64,000 bases of DNA from Strigamia acuminata (GCA_949358305.1 OX442314.1:30628001-30692000); one strand, 5' to 3'. Positions 10,801 through 24,135 are shown, counted from the first letter of the stretch. Numbers and translations are program-made. The notes: generated by a model not told the origin, from the sequence alone.

Positions 10801-13800
10801 CGTCTTAAACGATTTAAACTCAATTCAAACGCTTCACGTGAGACAAATCCAAATAACACGTCCACCATTTCTATACCTGTTTCGTTCTCGCTCCAATTCC
10901 TCGTCCTTTTTTAGCAGCACATTTTTCGTATCCCCACCGGGCGAACCAATTCTCGTCTTGTGTTCGGAATCCAGAAGCCGTAGCGCCAACTCGGCTCTCC
11001 CCCTGGCTTCCACTTGCCAAAGCCGCTTCTGCTCTTCCATTCCGTCGTCGAAGCGCCGAATCAGTTCTTCTCGCTCCTCCTTTAAAACCTCAATTTCTTC
11101 CACCAATTCGCGCTTGTCGTTTTGATTCGTTTCCAATTCTTTCAATATTTCCAGTTTCTTATTCGTTTCGTCCATCAGTCGTTCTTCCGATCGTTTGTAA
11201 TCCAAACGCACTCGCAGGAGTTCGTCTTGTAATTTATGCTGTCAGCAAAATTAGGATTAATTAATTAATTAATTAATAATTATAAAAATAAATCGATCGT
11301 TTTAATCAGGACCAGCTTCCGTTTATTGATTTAATAATTTGTTTAATGCGTGTTGTTTATTTTTTATCCCTAAAAATAGACTTTTTAGACACAAGAACGA
11401 TGTTTAGGCCTATTTAATATTGTGTTCTTACTCTATTTTTTAAAAAATATTCATTTTTAGACACAAAAATGAAGTTTTTAGACCGATTTTCAAACGATCC
11501 AATTTTGAAATGTAAATACCGGTAAGCACTTTTTAGGCATAAAAAAATGCAACACAAAAAATGGGTTTTAGACTAAATTTTAGAGGCAAAAAATGCATTT
11601 TTAGACAAGAAAAATGCATTTTTAAACAAGAAATTGCATATTTAGCCGAAAAATTCATTTTTAGACAAGAAATTGCATATTTAGGTGAAAAAATACATTT
11701 TCAGACAAGAAAAATGCATTTTTAGGCAAGAAAAATGCATTTTTAGGCAAGAAAAATGCATTTTTAGGCAAGAAAAATGCATTTTTAGGCAAGAAAAATG
11801 CATTTTCAGACAAGAAAAATGCATTTTTAAACGGTTTTACGTGTAAATAAGCCCAAAATTTGCCATTTTTATTGGCCCCCGGTTTGAAGCCGGCCCTGAT
11901 TCGAACCAACTATTTACAGAGTGCATTCTAGCTTCTTCCGACTGAATTCTCAACTCTTTGGTTTCGCATTCCAACTGCTTCAACGTTTCTTGCATTTTTT
12001 CCACATCTTCCCCCATTTTCCCATCCACAGTTCGTGCTTCCATTAATTCCATTTTCTCTTCATTCACTTTATCGATAATCTAAAACATAAATTAAAATCA
12101 AATAAAATCTCAATCTTAACCAATTTAATTAAAAAAAAACAAAAACTACATCTTGAGCTGCAACAAGAGCGACTTCGAGCGACCGAACTTTATTCTCGGA
12201 AACCCTCAACTCCTCCTCCTTGTCCCGCAACCTGCCACTCAAACCCGAAACTCTCTCTTCAAACTCTCGATAAACCTAAACAAATTGAACCAACAAAAAT
12301 CAAATTAAAATAATTATCCACTTTTGTTGTTATTTCCTCGAATTTTCCCGCCCATCCATCTTCAGATAGGCGGAAACTCATTCTTGCTTCACCTGTTGCT
12401 CGTCCTCCGATGTTCCGCTCAAGGACGCGACCGAGTTGTTGATTTTCGTTGCCCCGTTGGAGAGTTTTGCGTGTTTTTTAGTCGGGGTTGTTTTGGTTGG
12501 TTTGGCCGGTGACGTTTGCGAGTGGACGGGCGAATACGGGCCAGGTGGTGGATTGTGGAACTGGCGCTTCATGGACGACATTTCGTCGTGGAGAAGGGAG
12601 ATTCTGATTGTGGAAATTGAAATGTTGATGGGATTTAAGGGATTTGGTTTTTCGTGGTTTTGCTTAACTGGTTTCGGAGTTGTTCCATGTCGTTTGTGGT
12701 TTGATGGGTGGGTTGAGTGCGCGAAACTTCGGTGGTTTTTGCGTTTGAAATGTTTGAATTTCTCAAATTTTGTTTCAATTCCTTTAAGAAAAAATTGAGT
12801 AAAATTAATTTTGGCCAAAATAATTGCAAAAAATTCGATTTTGCCCAAAATAATTGCAAAAAATTCGATTTTGGCCAAACAAATTGCAAAAAATTCGATT
12901 TTGCCCAAAAAAAATTGCAAAAAATTCGATTTTGCCCAAAAAAATTCGATTTTTCCAAAAAAATTGTAAAAAATTCGATTTTGCTCAAAAAATTGCAAAA
13001 AATTCGATTTTGCCCAAAAAGATTGCAAAAAATTCGATTTTGCCCAAAAAGATTGCAAAAAATTCGATTTTGCCCAAAAAATTGTAAAAAATTCAATTTT
13101 GCCAAAAAAAAAATTCAATTTCGCCCAAAATATTCAATTTGGTTTAATTTGGCCCAAAAAAATTCAATTTGGTTCAATTTGGCCCAAAAAAAATTCAAAA
13201 AAACCTAATTTTTACCAACAAAAAATTCAATTTTTTTACCAACAAAAATTCAAATCCCCCAACAAAAACTCAATTTTTTTTACCAACAAACATCCAATTA
13301 TTACAAAAACATTTAATTCAATATTTACCTCGTTCTCCTTACAAACAACTTCCAGCTCGACTTCAAGCTGTTTTCGTATCTTTGCTTCTTCCTCACAATT
13401 CGAATTAAAATTCCTCAAAAAAAAAAACAAAAAAAAACAATTAAACAAAATTAAAAAAAATTCCAAACCTTACCTTTGACTTTCATCAAACGCTCTCCTC
13501 AACGCAGCCAACTCCCCACGATACTCCGCCACCGCCTCACCATTACACGCCACCTAAAAAAAACCCAAAAAAAATAAACAAACCAAAAAAAACCCAAAAA
13601 ACCAAAACCAAAACTCACCTCCGCCTCCAAACCCACAACCCTCTGCGCACTCTCCTCCAACCGCCGCCTCAAACCATTATTCTCACTCTGCAAACTATTA
13701 ACCTCGACCATATAACCCAAAGTCGACTCCTTCAACGCCTCTTCCTCCACTTTCTGCCTCTCCCGCGCACTCACAACTTCACGTTGCATTTTCTCACGCT

Positions 13801-16800
13801 CACTATCGAGCGTGCACTGAAGTTGCTCCATCTGCTTCTTCAATCCATTCGCCGCCATCTTTAATTCCAAAAAAATTTAAAAAATTCCATTTCACCTCCA
13901 AAAAACCAATTTTTTTCACCTTTTGGCCATTTAATTGCAACTTAAGGTCCTGATTTTCACCCATAACTTGTTGACACAACTCATTAGCCTCATCTAGTTG
14001 CTTCCTGACCCCCCGCGCGGGCGAAGATGGCGCCGATTGATCTAAAAACTCTTTCTGCAATTGCTTGCACTCGTTGCGCAACTAAAATCCAAAAGAATTT
14101 CAATTTATTTATGTTTTGAATTTATTTTTTCGGTTGTACCGCGCTTAGTGTTTCTCTGACGAGGGTTAACTCGTTTTGGAGGGTTTGGTTCCCCATTTCG
14201 CTGTGCTGGCGCCGCGAACTCTCGTCCAGCAACGTTTCCTCCTTGGCGGTGACGGATTTCAGCATTTTCTTCAATTTTTCGTCGCATTCTTTCCATTTGT
14301 TCTCGGATTGCTGTAATTCCCACCTGGATTTGGGGGGAAAGAATTAAAATTTGCACGGGAAATGAGTTGGAATTGGTTGGAAGTTAAGAACTCACGTGTT
14401 CGTCTTGATTTTGGCCTCTAAAATGGCATTTTGCTCCCTCAAAAGGCAATAATCTTTGCGGATTCGCTCGTATTCAGTCTCGAGTTCGTGTTTTTCGGTA
14501 ACGACGCTCTGGAAGCGCTCCGCCAATACCTGGCGCTCGCCCTTTTCCCTTTCGAGTTGCACTCGCAAATCCCGCACGAAATCCTGCGACGTAGCCGGTT
14601 CCGCCACAATTGCCTCGGCCGTCGTTTCCCGCGGACTTTCCCCCATTTTGATCAACCTAGAAAATAAAAATTTAGAATTCAAAATTCAAAAATAAAAATA
14701 AATTGTTACGAAATCACGCACTGGTCAACCAATTCGTCTTCGGACGACGAAAACGACAAACTCTCCGAAACCACCTCCAACGACGGCGTCTTCCTCATCT
14801 CGCTCTTCTCCCCAACCTCGTACAAACTCGCGTTCGACTTCCGCCGAATCTCCAACCTCTCCAGCACCTCCTGCGCAAAATCCTCCTCCACAACCCCCTC
14901 GTCCTCACCCCCAGAACTCCTCCTCACCTCCTCCTCCTTCTCACTCCTCGCAAACCTCTTCGTCAACCTCTTCAAAGTCGGAAACTTCCCCAACGACAAC
15001 ATGCTCTTCCTCTTCTTCCCCACTTCCGGTCTCGCCTTCTCCTCGTCCGAACTCACTCCGGCCATCGCCGGCCTCGCCTTATAAACATCCCCGCCATCAA
15101 CCCCCGCCGACTCGGCCGACTTCGGCCTTTCCGGCTTCCTCCGCGCCCCCAACGCGCCGTAACTCGTCACGTTGGCTGCCACGTCCACCGAGTGTCGCCT
15201 CCGCTGCAACTCGTACCGGTACGAATTGCCGGACGGTCGATCCAGACGGCGCTGCTGCTCCGCGAGCTGGTTCTTCAAGATGCTTTCCAGCGCCGCCACA
15301 TCCACGCACGTTTTCGCCTCGAATAAATTCTTTTTCGACGCCACGTTCCCTTTCCCGCCGCCATTTTCCCGCGCCGGACACGATTTCCCGCCGGAATCGC
15401 GCGCGGAATTCTCCTCGGATGACGAATTCGCGTTCGCCCGCTCCGTGCGCGCGTTCCACGTCCGGATCTCGACGCTCGGGTTTCGCTCCCAAATTTCCTC
15501 CAATCCGTGCAAAGTGTCTTCGCGGCCCAGCGTGCCTTGCGGCGTGTCTTTGATCTCCGGCTTCGTTCCGGCGCCCGGTGCGTCGTCGTCGTGCGACAAC
15601 GAGTCGTCCCAGTCGCTGCTCTCCCCGTCGTCCGCCTGGAATTCGGTCGCTTCCGGTTTGATTTTTTCTTCTTCCGGTGTTTGTCGGACGGTGGTTTTCG
15701 CCGGCTCCACTTCGCTCCAGTCGGATTCGGAGTCGGTCAGGTTTTTGAACGCGGGAATGAATGATTCGTCTTTGATTTCCGCTCTTCTTGCACTGCCCGA
15801 ACTTCGTTTGGACCGATCGCTGTCGCTGTTTTTGACGAATAGTCTTTGCTTCGGGTCCGTTTCGGATTTTGGCGATTTTTCGGTCGCATCCCAGTCGCTG
15901 ATTTGACTGTTTTCGACGTTTTTCGTCGCTAAAACAGACTTTTCGTCGTTTTTCTCCACGTTTTTCACTCCGTTGGTCGCTAAAATCCAATTATCGTCGT
16001 TTTTCTCGACATTTTTCGCTCCGTTTGTCGAATTATCTTCGTATTTCTCGGCTTTTTCCGCTCCGTTCGGGCCTAAAATCGAATTATTTTCGTTTTTCTC
16101 GGCATTTTCCGCTCGGTTCGGGCCTAAAATCGAATTATTTTCGTTTTTCTCGGCATTTTCCGGTCGATTCGGGCCTAAAATCGAATTATTTTCGTTTTTC
16201 TCGGCATTTTCCGCTCGGTTGGGGCCTAAAATCGAATTATTTTCGTTTTTCTCGGCATTTTCCGCTCGGTTCGGGCCTAAAATCGAATTATTTTCGTTTT
16301 TCTCGTCATTTTCCGCTCCGTTCGTCGCTAAAATCGAATAATCTTCGTTCTTCTCGGTCTCCGACATCAATTCTGCGTCCACCGAATTGTTATTCGAGTC
16401 CCAGTGGCTTGACGAGGACGAAATTTCATCTCCGGCGCCACTTTTCTTAATTTTCGTGTATCTCGGTGGCGGCGTTGGTCTTTTTTTCTTCGTTTTCGGC
16501 GCTTCCTCGACGACGACGTCGTTTGTCGGCTGTTTAGGTTCGGGTTCATCTTTGATTTCGTCGGTTTTCGCAAGCGGGCCGCTCAGATCGCTAAAAATAC
16601 TCAAATCCAAATCGATTTCCAGCTCGTCGGTCTTGATCGACGCTTCGACCGGGAGGATGTCGTCTTCGAATACATTTTCCTGCTCAAAACAAACATAGTT
16701 TCAATTCGTGGTTAGAAATTCGCAATGGTTTCGGGAAATTCTAACCAGATCTTCATTTTCCAGCTCGAAATTGATCTCGGGTTTTTTCATTTCCGGGTCG

Positions 16801-19477
16801 CTGACGCCGGATGAGATTCTGGGAGGTTTTGGAGGTGCGCTCGCGCCCAATGTGTTATTAATCTCTATTTGGGTATAAATTTTAAAAAATGAATAAATGA
16901 ATAAAAATTACATAATATTTCAGCATTTTCGAATAACCTGAGACGTCTTTATCGGAATCATCTAAAGAAGCCAGAAATTTGTTTAAATTCAAATTAGGAA
17001 GTAATTCCTGCAAGAAAAAAAACAAAAAATACATCAAAATACATCAAAATAACCAAAACAACGTCTAAAAACATTAAAATAACGTCTAAAAATATCAAAA
17101 AACCTGTAAAATTATTAAAATAAAGTCTAAAAACATCAAAAAAACCTGTAAAATTATTAAAATAACGGCTAAAAATATCAAAAACCCTCTAAAATCATTA
17201 AAATAAAGTCTAAAAACATCAAAAAAGTCTAAAAACATCAAAAAAACGTTTAAAAACGTTTTAAAAACGTCAAAAACTTAAAAATAACGTCTAAAAACAT
17301 TAAAATAACGTCTAACAACATTAAAATAACGTCTAAAAACATCAAATAACATCTAAAAACATCAAAAGAACGTTTAAAAACGTTTTAAAAACGTCAAAAA
17401 CTTAAAAATAACCTCCAAAAACTTCAAAATAACGCTAGAAAACATCAAAATAACGCTAGAAAACACCAAAATAATGCTAAAACATAAAAAAAAATTGCTA
17501 AAAACCAAGAAACATCAAACAACAACACAAAAACCCAAAAAAAACCAATAAAAAAATCACAAAACCGAAATAAAATCCAAACAAAAACACCTAAACAAAA
17601 ACTCCCAGCAATAAAACCTCCAAAACAATCTTTACCTTTCCATTTTCTTTTTCGCTCTCGTCGTTCCACGAATTCAACCTCGACGAACTCCTCTCAAAAT
17701 CATCGTTAACCTTCCAATCCACCTCCTCCTCCACCCGCAGCACCTCATCCAAATTATCTTCACCCACTTCTTCCCCCATCAACTTCAAACACTCATTCTC
17801 CTGCGATATAATCGCGTACTCCGACGCCGTCAATCCGCTCTTATCCCTCAACTTCCGATTCGATCCATACTCCAAAAACAAACCGACCAATTGCGGCGAC
17901 CCCAGCCGACACGCCAACATTAAACAACTCCTAAAAACGACAAAAAATCAAATCAAACCAAACCAAATTAAATAATAATAATTACGCGCCTGTCGTCGTT
18001 GTCTACGGCATTCACGTGCGCGCCATGTCTGAGCAGCAACTCGGCCATCTCGACGAGGCACGTCTCGGCCGCGACGTGTAACGGCGTGCCGCCATCTTTG
18101 TTGACCGCATCGACGTTGGCTCCTTTTTGTAGTAGAATGAGCGCGACGTCGTTCGCGTTTAATTTGGCCGCGATGTGCAGCGCCGTGTCCTCGTGTCCGG
18201 TTGCGTCGTTCGGATTCGCGGAGCGGTCGAGGAGGAAATGCACGAGCGCCGTGTGATGCGCCTGAACGGCCTTTGAAAGGAATGGAAGAACATTGTAATT
18301 AAAATGTTTTTCGAACAATTATTTTTTTAAATGTATTTCCTTTCGGGGATGAGTTGAAATGGTGCGTGTGTACCGAGCCCCCGTGCTTAGAGAGTCTAAG
18401 GAAAGGGGTTTTTGGACGGTTTTTGGTTGTTTTTCACGTTAAAAAGATCTATTTTGCTGCTAAAAAGTGCATTTGTGTGCATAAAATGTCTGAATTCGGT
18501 TTTTTTTGCAACTGATAAGTGATTGATGTGCATAAAAATGCTTTTTATTGTCTAAAATTCCTTTTTTCATCTAAAAATGCCTTTACAAGTCTAAAAATGC
18601 GTTTTTTTAAGTTTAAAAATGCAATTTGTCTAAAAATGCATTTAATAAGTCTAAAAATGCATTTTTTAAGTCTAAAAATGCATTTTTGATGTGTAAAAAT
18701 AGTAGAAATGCACTTTTTATGTCTAAAAATGCACTTTTAATGTCTAAAAATGCACTTTTTAAGTCTGAAGATGCATTTTTTAAGTCTAAAAATACATTTT
18801 TGAAGTATAAAAATAGTAGAAATGCAAGTTTGATGTCTAAAAATGCACTTTAATGTAAAAAAATGCACTTTATTTTGTCTAAAATGCATTTTTATAATTT
18901 TTAAACAGTGCCCATCCAGTCCTTCAATTTTCCAAGCCGGTTCAGTTTCTCTTTACTCTTAAAAACGGTGTGTAGCCTTCGTAATCGTGCAAATTGAGGT
19001 CCCCTTTACATCCGAGGAGGAACCAAACCACTTCCTTGTTGCCATGCGCACAAGCCAAATGCAACGGTGTCCTAAATAAAAATTAAAACCAAAAACAAAA
19101 CAAAAATTAAACAAAAATTAATAAACCCGAAATAACACTTCCACAACATTTAAACTTTACCTTTTCATCACGTCATATCCATTCACGTCATCCTTTTTCA
19201 CTTGTTTCTTCACTTTCTCCAAATCACCCAACCACGCCGCGCGATGCAACTTGGTGAAGGTTTTGTCCTTCGTCTTGAGATCCACATGATACACGCTGAG
19301 ACTCGACGGAGCGGCAGTGGCAGAATTGGCTAAACTGCGCACGGAACCCAACTCCGAACTCTGCTCCGATGGCACCGAGACGGATGCGCGGGAGCCGAGA
19401 GACGTCACGCTACCTCGGTCGAAGGTCGTGGAAGTAATGCTCGTTTTCCTTCTGGCATATTTCATGAATTTCTTCAT
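7828..19477 (-). CDS. ANKRD26: Ankyrin repeat domain-containing protein 26-like (N-terminal ankyrin repeats, long acidic/low-complexity middle, C-terminal coiled coil), many exons
   Basis: Starts MKKFMK, then YHVDLK..FTKLHRAAWLGDLEKVK, RTPLHLACAHGN, AVQAHH, TALHIAA, TPLHVAA. Long heptad-rich exons follow; the end reads ENYVERDEM..EARANHEY..KVRAALDKSIEKYL. Reading frame was consistent across the splice junctions checked. Confidence 0.85.
8125..9075. repeat. Intronic tandem array, 31-bp unit TTAGACATTTATTTTAGTCATTTTGGCCCAT
   Basis: About 30 copies read directly. Confidence 0.95.
10290..10830. repeat. Intronic tandem array, 31-bp unit CGATATAAAATTCGTTTTAAACGATTAAAAA
   Basis: Direct observation; ~10-bp subrepeats. 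Confidence 0.93.
11307..11898. mobile_element. Degenerate TIR element (hAT-like ends) enclosing a 21-bp array (TTTAGGCAAGAAAAATGCATT, ~11590-11830)
   Basis: Left CAGGACCAGCTTC versus right GAAGCCGGCCCTG (11/13 inverted match); no clean TSD. Confidence 0.45.
12810..13200. repeat. Intronic tandem array, 30-bp unit GATTGCAAAAAATTCGATTTTGCCCAAAAA
   Basis: Direct observation. Confidence 0.93.
16030..16345 (-). repeat. Coding 51-bp tandem repeat (17 aa, ENAEKNENNSILGPNRA) in an ANKRD26-like exon
   Basis: 5-6 in-frame copies inside the 14706-16610 ORF. Confidence 0.92.
17030..17480. repeat. Intronic degenerate array, ~21-bp unit AAAATAACGTCTAAAAACATT
   Basis: Direct observation. Confidence 0.85.
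18530..18895. repeat. Intronic degenerate array, ~21-bp unit TCTAAAAATGCATTTTTTAAG
   Basis: Direct observation. Confidence 0.85.
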
Positions 19478-20076
19478 GTTTTTTTGTTTGTTTTACTTTC
19501 AGTCTTCACTCGTACGGTGCCTGCCGCTCCTTTTTCCGCTTCGGCGCCGCCATTTTGGTTGAGCAATCCAATTCTGCTCCTTTCGACGATATCAATCTGA
19601 TCTGATTAGAAACATACTGCACGAAAAGGAAATTGTTCAAGTGGGAAATAGCCTTTCCCGATAGGTTTATTACAACAAAAAGCACATGGATAAACAACAA
19701 CGACTTCCGGTTTCTGTGAAAGGAACCGGGAAACGTAATCGATTTAGACCCGGTTCGAGATCCGGATCTCGATTATGATCTCGATTATGATCGCTATCTG
19801 CTGACCTGACCTAGTTTCAATTCATTCAAATTTTGAAATGAAATAAGTTGTGGTACACTTTTTTTCATTGTTCGTTTGAAAATAAAATATTAATTTTTTT
19901 TTTATTTTAAATTTTACAACCAGCGCCATGTTTGGTAATCGTTTACTGCATCAGCCAATCAAATGTATCCAGCAGACATTAACACAAGATAACCAACAGA
20001 ACCAGTTCCAGTTATGAAGGTAAATAACTGTATAGTTTATTATTAGCGTTTTGAGCTTCGGATTTTTTGGGGCTTC

Positions 20077-20700
20077 AAAATCTGTATTCTAGAAAAATCT
20101 TAAAATCTGTATTCTAGAAAAATCTTAAAATCTGTATTCTAGAAAAATCTTAAAATCTGTATTCTAGAAAAATCTTAAAATCTGTATTCTAGAAAAATCT
20201 TAAATCTGTATTCTAGAAAAATCTTAAAATCTGTATTCTAGAAAAATCTTAAAATCAATATTCTAGAAAAATCTTAAAATCTGTATTCTAGAAAAATCTT
20301 AAAATTTGTATTCTAGAAAAATCTTAAAATTTGTATTCTAGAAAAATCTTAAAATCTGTATTCTAGAAAAATCTTAAAATCTGTATTCTAGAAAAATCTT
20401 AAAATCTGTATTCTAGAAAAATCTTAAAATCTGTATTCTAGAAAAATCTTAAATCTGTATTCTAGAAAAATCTTAAAATCTGTATTCTAGAAAAATCTTA
20501 AAATCAATATTCTAGGAAAATCTTAAAATCTGTATTCTAGAAAAATCTTAAAATCTGTATTCTAGAAAAATCTTAAAATCTGTATTCTAGAAAAATCTTA
20601 AAATCTGTATTCTAGAAAAATCTTAAAATCTGTATTCTAGAAAAATCTTAAAATCTGTATTCTAGAAAAATCTTAAAATCTGTATTCTAGAAAAATCTTA
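20077..20700. repeat. Tandem array, 25-bp unit AAAATCTGTATTCTAGAAAAATCTT
   Basis: About 25 near-perfect copies, each with a TTCTAGAA palindrome. Confidence 0.95.
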
Positions 20701-21718
20701 ATTAATAATAATCCATAATAATCCATAATTATGAGTTTACATTGCCGAGAAATTTAATTTTTGCGCTAATGTTTGCTCGAAGTTTCTGTTCACAATGCAG
20801 CGAAGCGAATTCAGAATTGAAAATTATCAATTCTTTTTTAAGCGCTGTGGACTGGAAAAACAAATTAACATGCAACTCTATGAGAAAACAGTGGTGCCAT
20901 CTACATTTCAAAGTTGGCGCGAACTAGGGGTTACAAGCAACCAATTTACAAACCACTTAGAAAAGTCACCGACTTCTTGATTATTAAGGACAAGATGGAG
21001 TTAAAATGTTCACACTTCAACCTTAAATTCCTTATTGGCTGTTCTGGTTCCGGCATTCGAAGGAATTGTGCGAAGAGATTGTTTCTGGTTCGGCAATTTT
21101 GGATCACTAATCGGGTTATCCTGGTTTTATATCTCCAAAATCTGGCCACCCTGTCAGTGGCCCACTGATCACATTAAAAAATATACTCAAAAACCTTTTA
21201 AGCAAAGGCTTTTATTATAACTTGACATCACTCTTGTGTGTTTGCTGGTTTGTTTCAACTTCCTGTGCACAGTAGCGCCACCACTTAACAACTTAAACTA
21301 AAATGGTGGCCACATTGTTAGGGTCAACCCTAAATGCACTTCGTTCTTTATTATAAACTGCTTAATAAATTCTGAAACCAAGTTAACCCAGGTTAAAATA
21401 AAATCTCCTCTCTGTCCACATATTTCTTTTCTCGTTGCATGCTTTGGTGCCGTCACAACACTCGCCGAAAACGTGACAGTAGCGCTCTCCGGTGGCGATT
21501 TGAAGCAAAAACAATTTACCTACCGTAAATTACAAAATTAAAAAAAAAATATTTACTCATTTTCCCCGAACAAACCCACCAATCTGTCACTCAATCCCAA
21601 CTCCACCCATCTGCAACAACACTCATCCAATTCCACCAAGCGGAAAACACCCCACGCTCCGCCACACACCACATTCGAACCAACAAGTGCCGCGCCTCAC
21701 TCGCCTAACACTCGAAAA

Positions 21719-22852
21719 ATGCTCGACATCTTCAGCAGCCTCAGCGCCGTTCTCAAAAGACGAGAAATCACGACCGACACCACGATCTTCAAACTCCATT
21801 ACCGCTTCACCACAACCGCCCTCGTCGCCTTCAGCCTCGTCATCACCGCGCACCAATACGTCGGCCAACCCATCAAATGCCTCCTCAGCGACAAAAAAGT
21901 CGTCCCTTACATCAACACCTACTGCTGGATCCGCTCGACCTTCACCCTCCCGTCCACCTACCCCCGCCTGGACTACCCAACCGACCCCAACCGTAAGGAG
22001 AAAATCTACTACAAATACTACCAATGGGTGTGCTTCGTCCTTTTTATCCAAGCGATGCTTTTCTACGCGCCGAGATACGTCTGGAAAATGTGCGAAGGCG
22101 GCTTGATGAAGAGCCTGACCACTGGTCTGCACGTTGCAGCCGTTAGCGAGGAGGAGCGCCGCGGCAAGACGAAGGTTTTGGTGGAATATTTGAGGAAACA
22201 CTTGCGGAAACATAATTTTTACGCCGTGCGATACTTTTTGTGCGAGTTTCTGTCGCTAGTTAACATCGTGGGACAGATGTATCTGCTGGACAAGTTCCTC
22301 GGCCACGAGTTCTTCACGTACGGGCTCAAAGTGATGGAGTTTTCCGAGCGCGAGCAGACGAATCGCACGGATCCGATGATTTACGTGTTCCCGCGCATGA
22401 CCAAGTGTACTTTTCACAAGGTGGGGCCCAGCGGGTCGATACAGAGACACGATGCGCTCTGTATTTTGCCGCTGAATATCGTGAATGAGAAGATTTTTAT
22501 TTTTCTGTGGTTTTGGTTTATTATTCTCACGGTTTTGACCGCCGCGCTCGTCGTCTATCGGGTTGTTGTCGTCGTTTTGCCGAGGATTAGACCGCGGCTG
22601 CTGCACGCGAAGTGCCGGATGGCGTCCAAGGAGGCGATGGATGTCGTTTTGAGGAGAACGAAGGTCGGGGATTGGTTTGTTTTCTGTTTGTTGGCGCAGA
22701 ACGTCGATCCGGTCGTCCTGCGAGAGATTGTGGCTGAGTTGGCGAGGAAAATGGAGACTGCGGGGGAAACGCCGGCGTGGAAATCGGATAGCGGACGGAA
22801 AGAGAGGAGTAAACTCATGAAGGAAGAGAAAAGTGGTGCGGAAATGCCTTGA
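21719..22852 (+). CDS. Innexin (gap-junction channel), inx1/ogre- or shakB-like, intronless CDS
   Basis: IFKLHY, QYVGQPIKC, NTYCWI, signature YYQWVCFVLF, FPRMTKCTF, CILPLNIVNEKIFIFLWFWF, GDWF; four hydrophobic segments. Confidence 0.96.
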   Translation: MLDIFSSLSAVLKRREITTDTTIFKLHYRFTTTALVAFSLVITAHQYVGQPIKCLLSDKKVVPYINTYCWIRSTFTLPSTYPRLDYPTDPNRKEKIYYKYYQWVCFVLFIQAMLFYAPRYVWKMCEGGLMKSLTTGLHVAAVSEEERRGKTKVLVEYLRKHLRKHNFYAVRYFLCEFLSLVNIVGQMYLLDKFLGHEFFTYGLKVMEFSEREQTNRTDPMIYVFPRMTKCTFHKVGPSGSIQRHDALCILPLNIVNEKIFIFLWFWFIILTVLTAALVVYRVVVVVLPRIRPRLLHAKCRMASKEAMDVVLRRTKVGDWFVFCLLAQNVDPVVLREIVAELARKMETAGETPAWKSDSGRKERSKLMKEEKSGAEMP

Positions 22853-23688
22853 TTGAAAATTTTTTTTTTTTTTTTTGTTATTTATTCAAGTTATTATGAT
22901 ATCCATGAGAAATTGTAGCGAAATAATGTTGTGGATGATTCGAATTAATGAGCAGATTGAGTTTACACTTGCAGGGATTCCAAATCGAGGCTTAGATTGG
23001 TTTTTCTATATTGGATTTTCTGAAATGTCTTGTTTATGTTTGTTTTGTGTCCATATATTTTGTTCTGTTTGTTTGCACTGTCATAAATGGGTTTGTTTGA
23101 GTCAACTTAGCTTTACTGAACGCGAGTGATGTCATGTCGGTTGTCAGGAATTATTGTAAATTATAAATTACTTTAAAAAAAAAAAAAAAATGGATTTTGT
23201 GATTGAATAATTTTTTTTCGTTTCCATAGTAATATAGCCCAAAAATGTAATATATCCTCCAAAACAAATTATATGTTTCCAGACTGTTGGTATAGAACTT
23301 AAATAAAGCCTTTCCTCCAAACGACCTTGTTTAGCATCCAGGAAAAAGATAAACACCAATAACCCATATAGCAGTGTCTAGATCACTCACTTTGATTATG
23401 AATTAATTTTTTTTTAAAGAGAACAGAAGTTGAATATATTTTGTTTTATTTTATTATTATAAAAAAAATATATTTTGTAACATCTGATGTGCTGTTTTAT
23501 GTTTATTCAGGTGTGTTATGCTAGGAAATGTTTCCTTATTGTCTTTGCAAGGTGTCAATGGGGAAATATTTAATTGTCTTATTTTTCCATTTTGTGAAGC
23601 ATGAAAATTCTTGGTCATTTTGACCGTAAAGAAACTTCCGAACAAACATCTTTAAGTTGATTTAAGGCCTCTGTTTTGTTGTCTAGGG

Positions 23689-23821
23689 CAGGGGTCGGCA
23701 ACCTGCGGCTCGCAAGCCGCACGCTGCTCTTTAGATGTCAAAATACCTATATACCTAATCCTAATCCTAATCCTAAATTGTAACTTTTGGCTCTTCCGTC
23801 TTAAAAGGTTGCCGACCCATG
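23689..23821. mobile_element. Short hAT-type MITE
   Basis: TIRs CAGGGGTCGGCAACCT / AGGTTGCCGACCCATG (15/16); degenerate 8-bp flanks GTCTAGGG and ACATAGGC. Confidence 0.7.
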
Positions 23822-24135
23822 ACATAGGCCCATAACGCACTCATATTCACTTTCAAAAATAATCACACAGGCCTAACGGAAACCTTGTAGACATTGAAGA
23901 AATACAATTTCTCCATTGAAAATAAAAAACGTAATGAGAAAGTTTTGTTAAAATTTATTACCGTTTTCAATAAATATCTTAAAAATTCATATGTTTTTTA
24001 AAACAACAATCAAGAATAGATTTTAAAATGCACATGGCACATTTTAAAAGAAATTAGTGACCAGAATTCTTGGAATGAGTGTTGCACACCACCTGAGGTA
24101 AAATTCAGTTTGTAGTTGTGAATCAGTCAGTTTTT

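Noticed and set aside
14703..16698. Long + strand and alternate-frame ORFs over the large ANKRD26-like exon
   Set aside because: Shadows of a GC-rich, strongly skewed coding exon; no recognisable protein features.
19928..20020. Short ORF containing QPIKC, similar to the innexin motif
   Set aside because: About 29 codons ending in a stop; the five-residue match is probably chance, at most an untranslated exon.
20077..20700. 25-bp palindrome-containing repeat as a CRISPR array
   Set aside because: Units are contiguous with no unique spacers, there are no cas genes, and the context is eukaryotic.
23754..23776. (CCTAAT)n as telomeric repeat
   Set aside because: Only ~4 units inside a MITE, and not the arthropod TTAGG unit.
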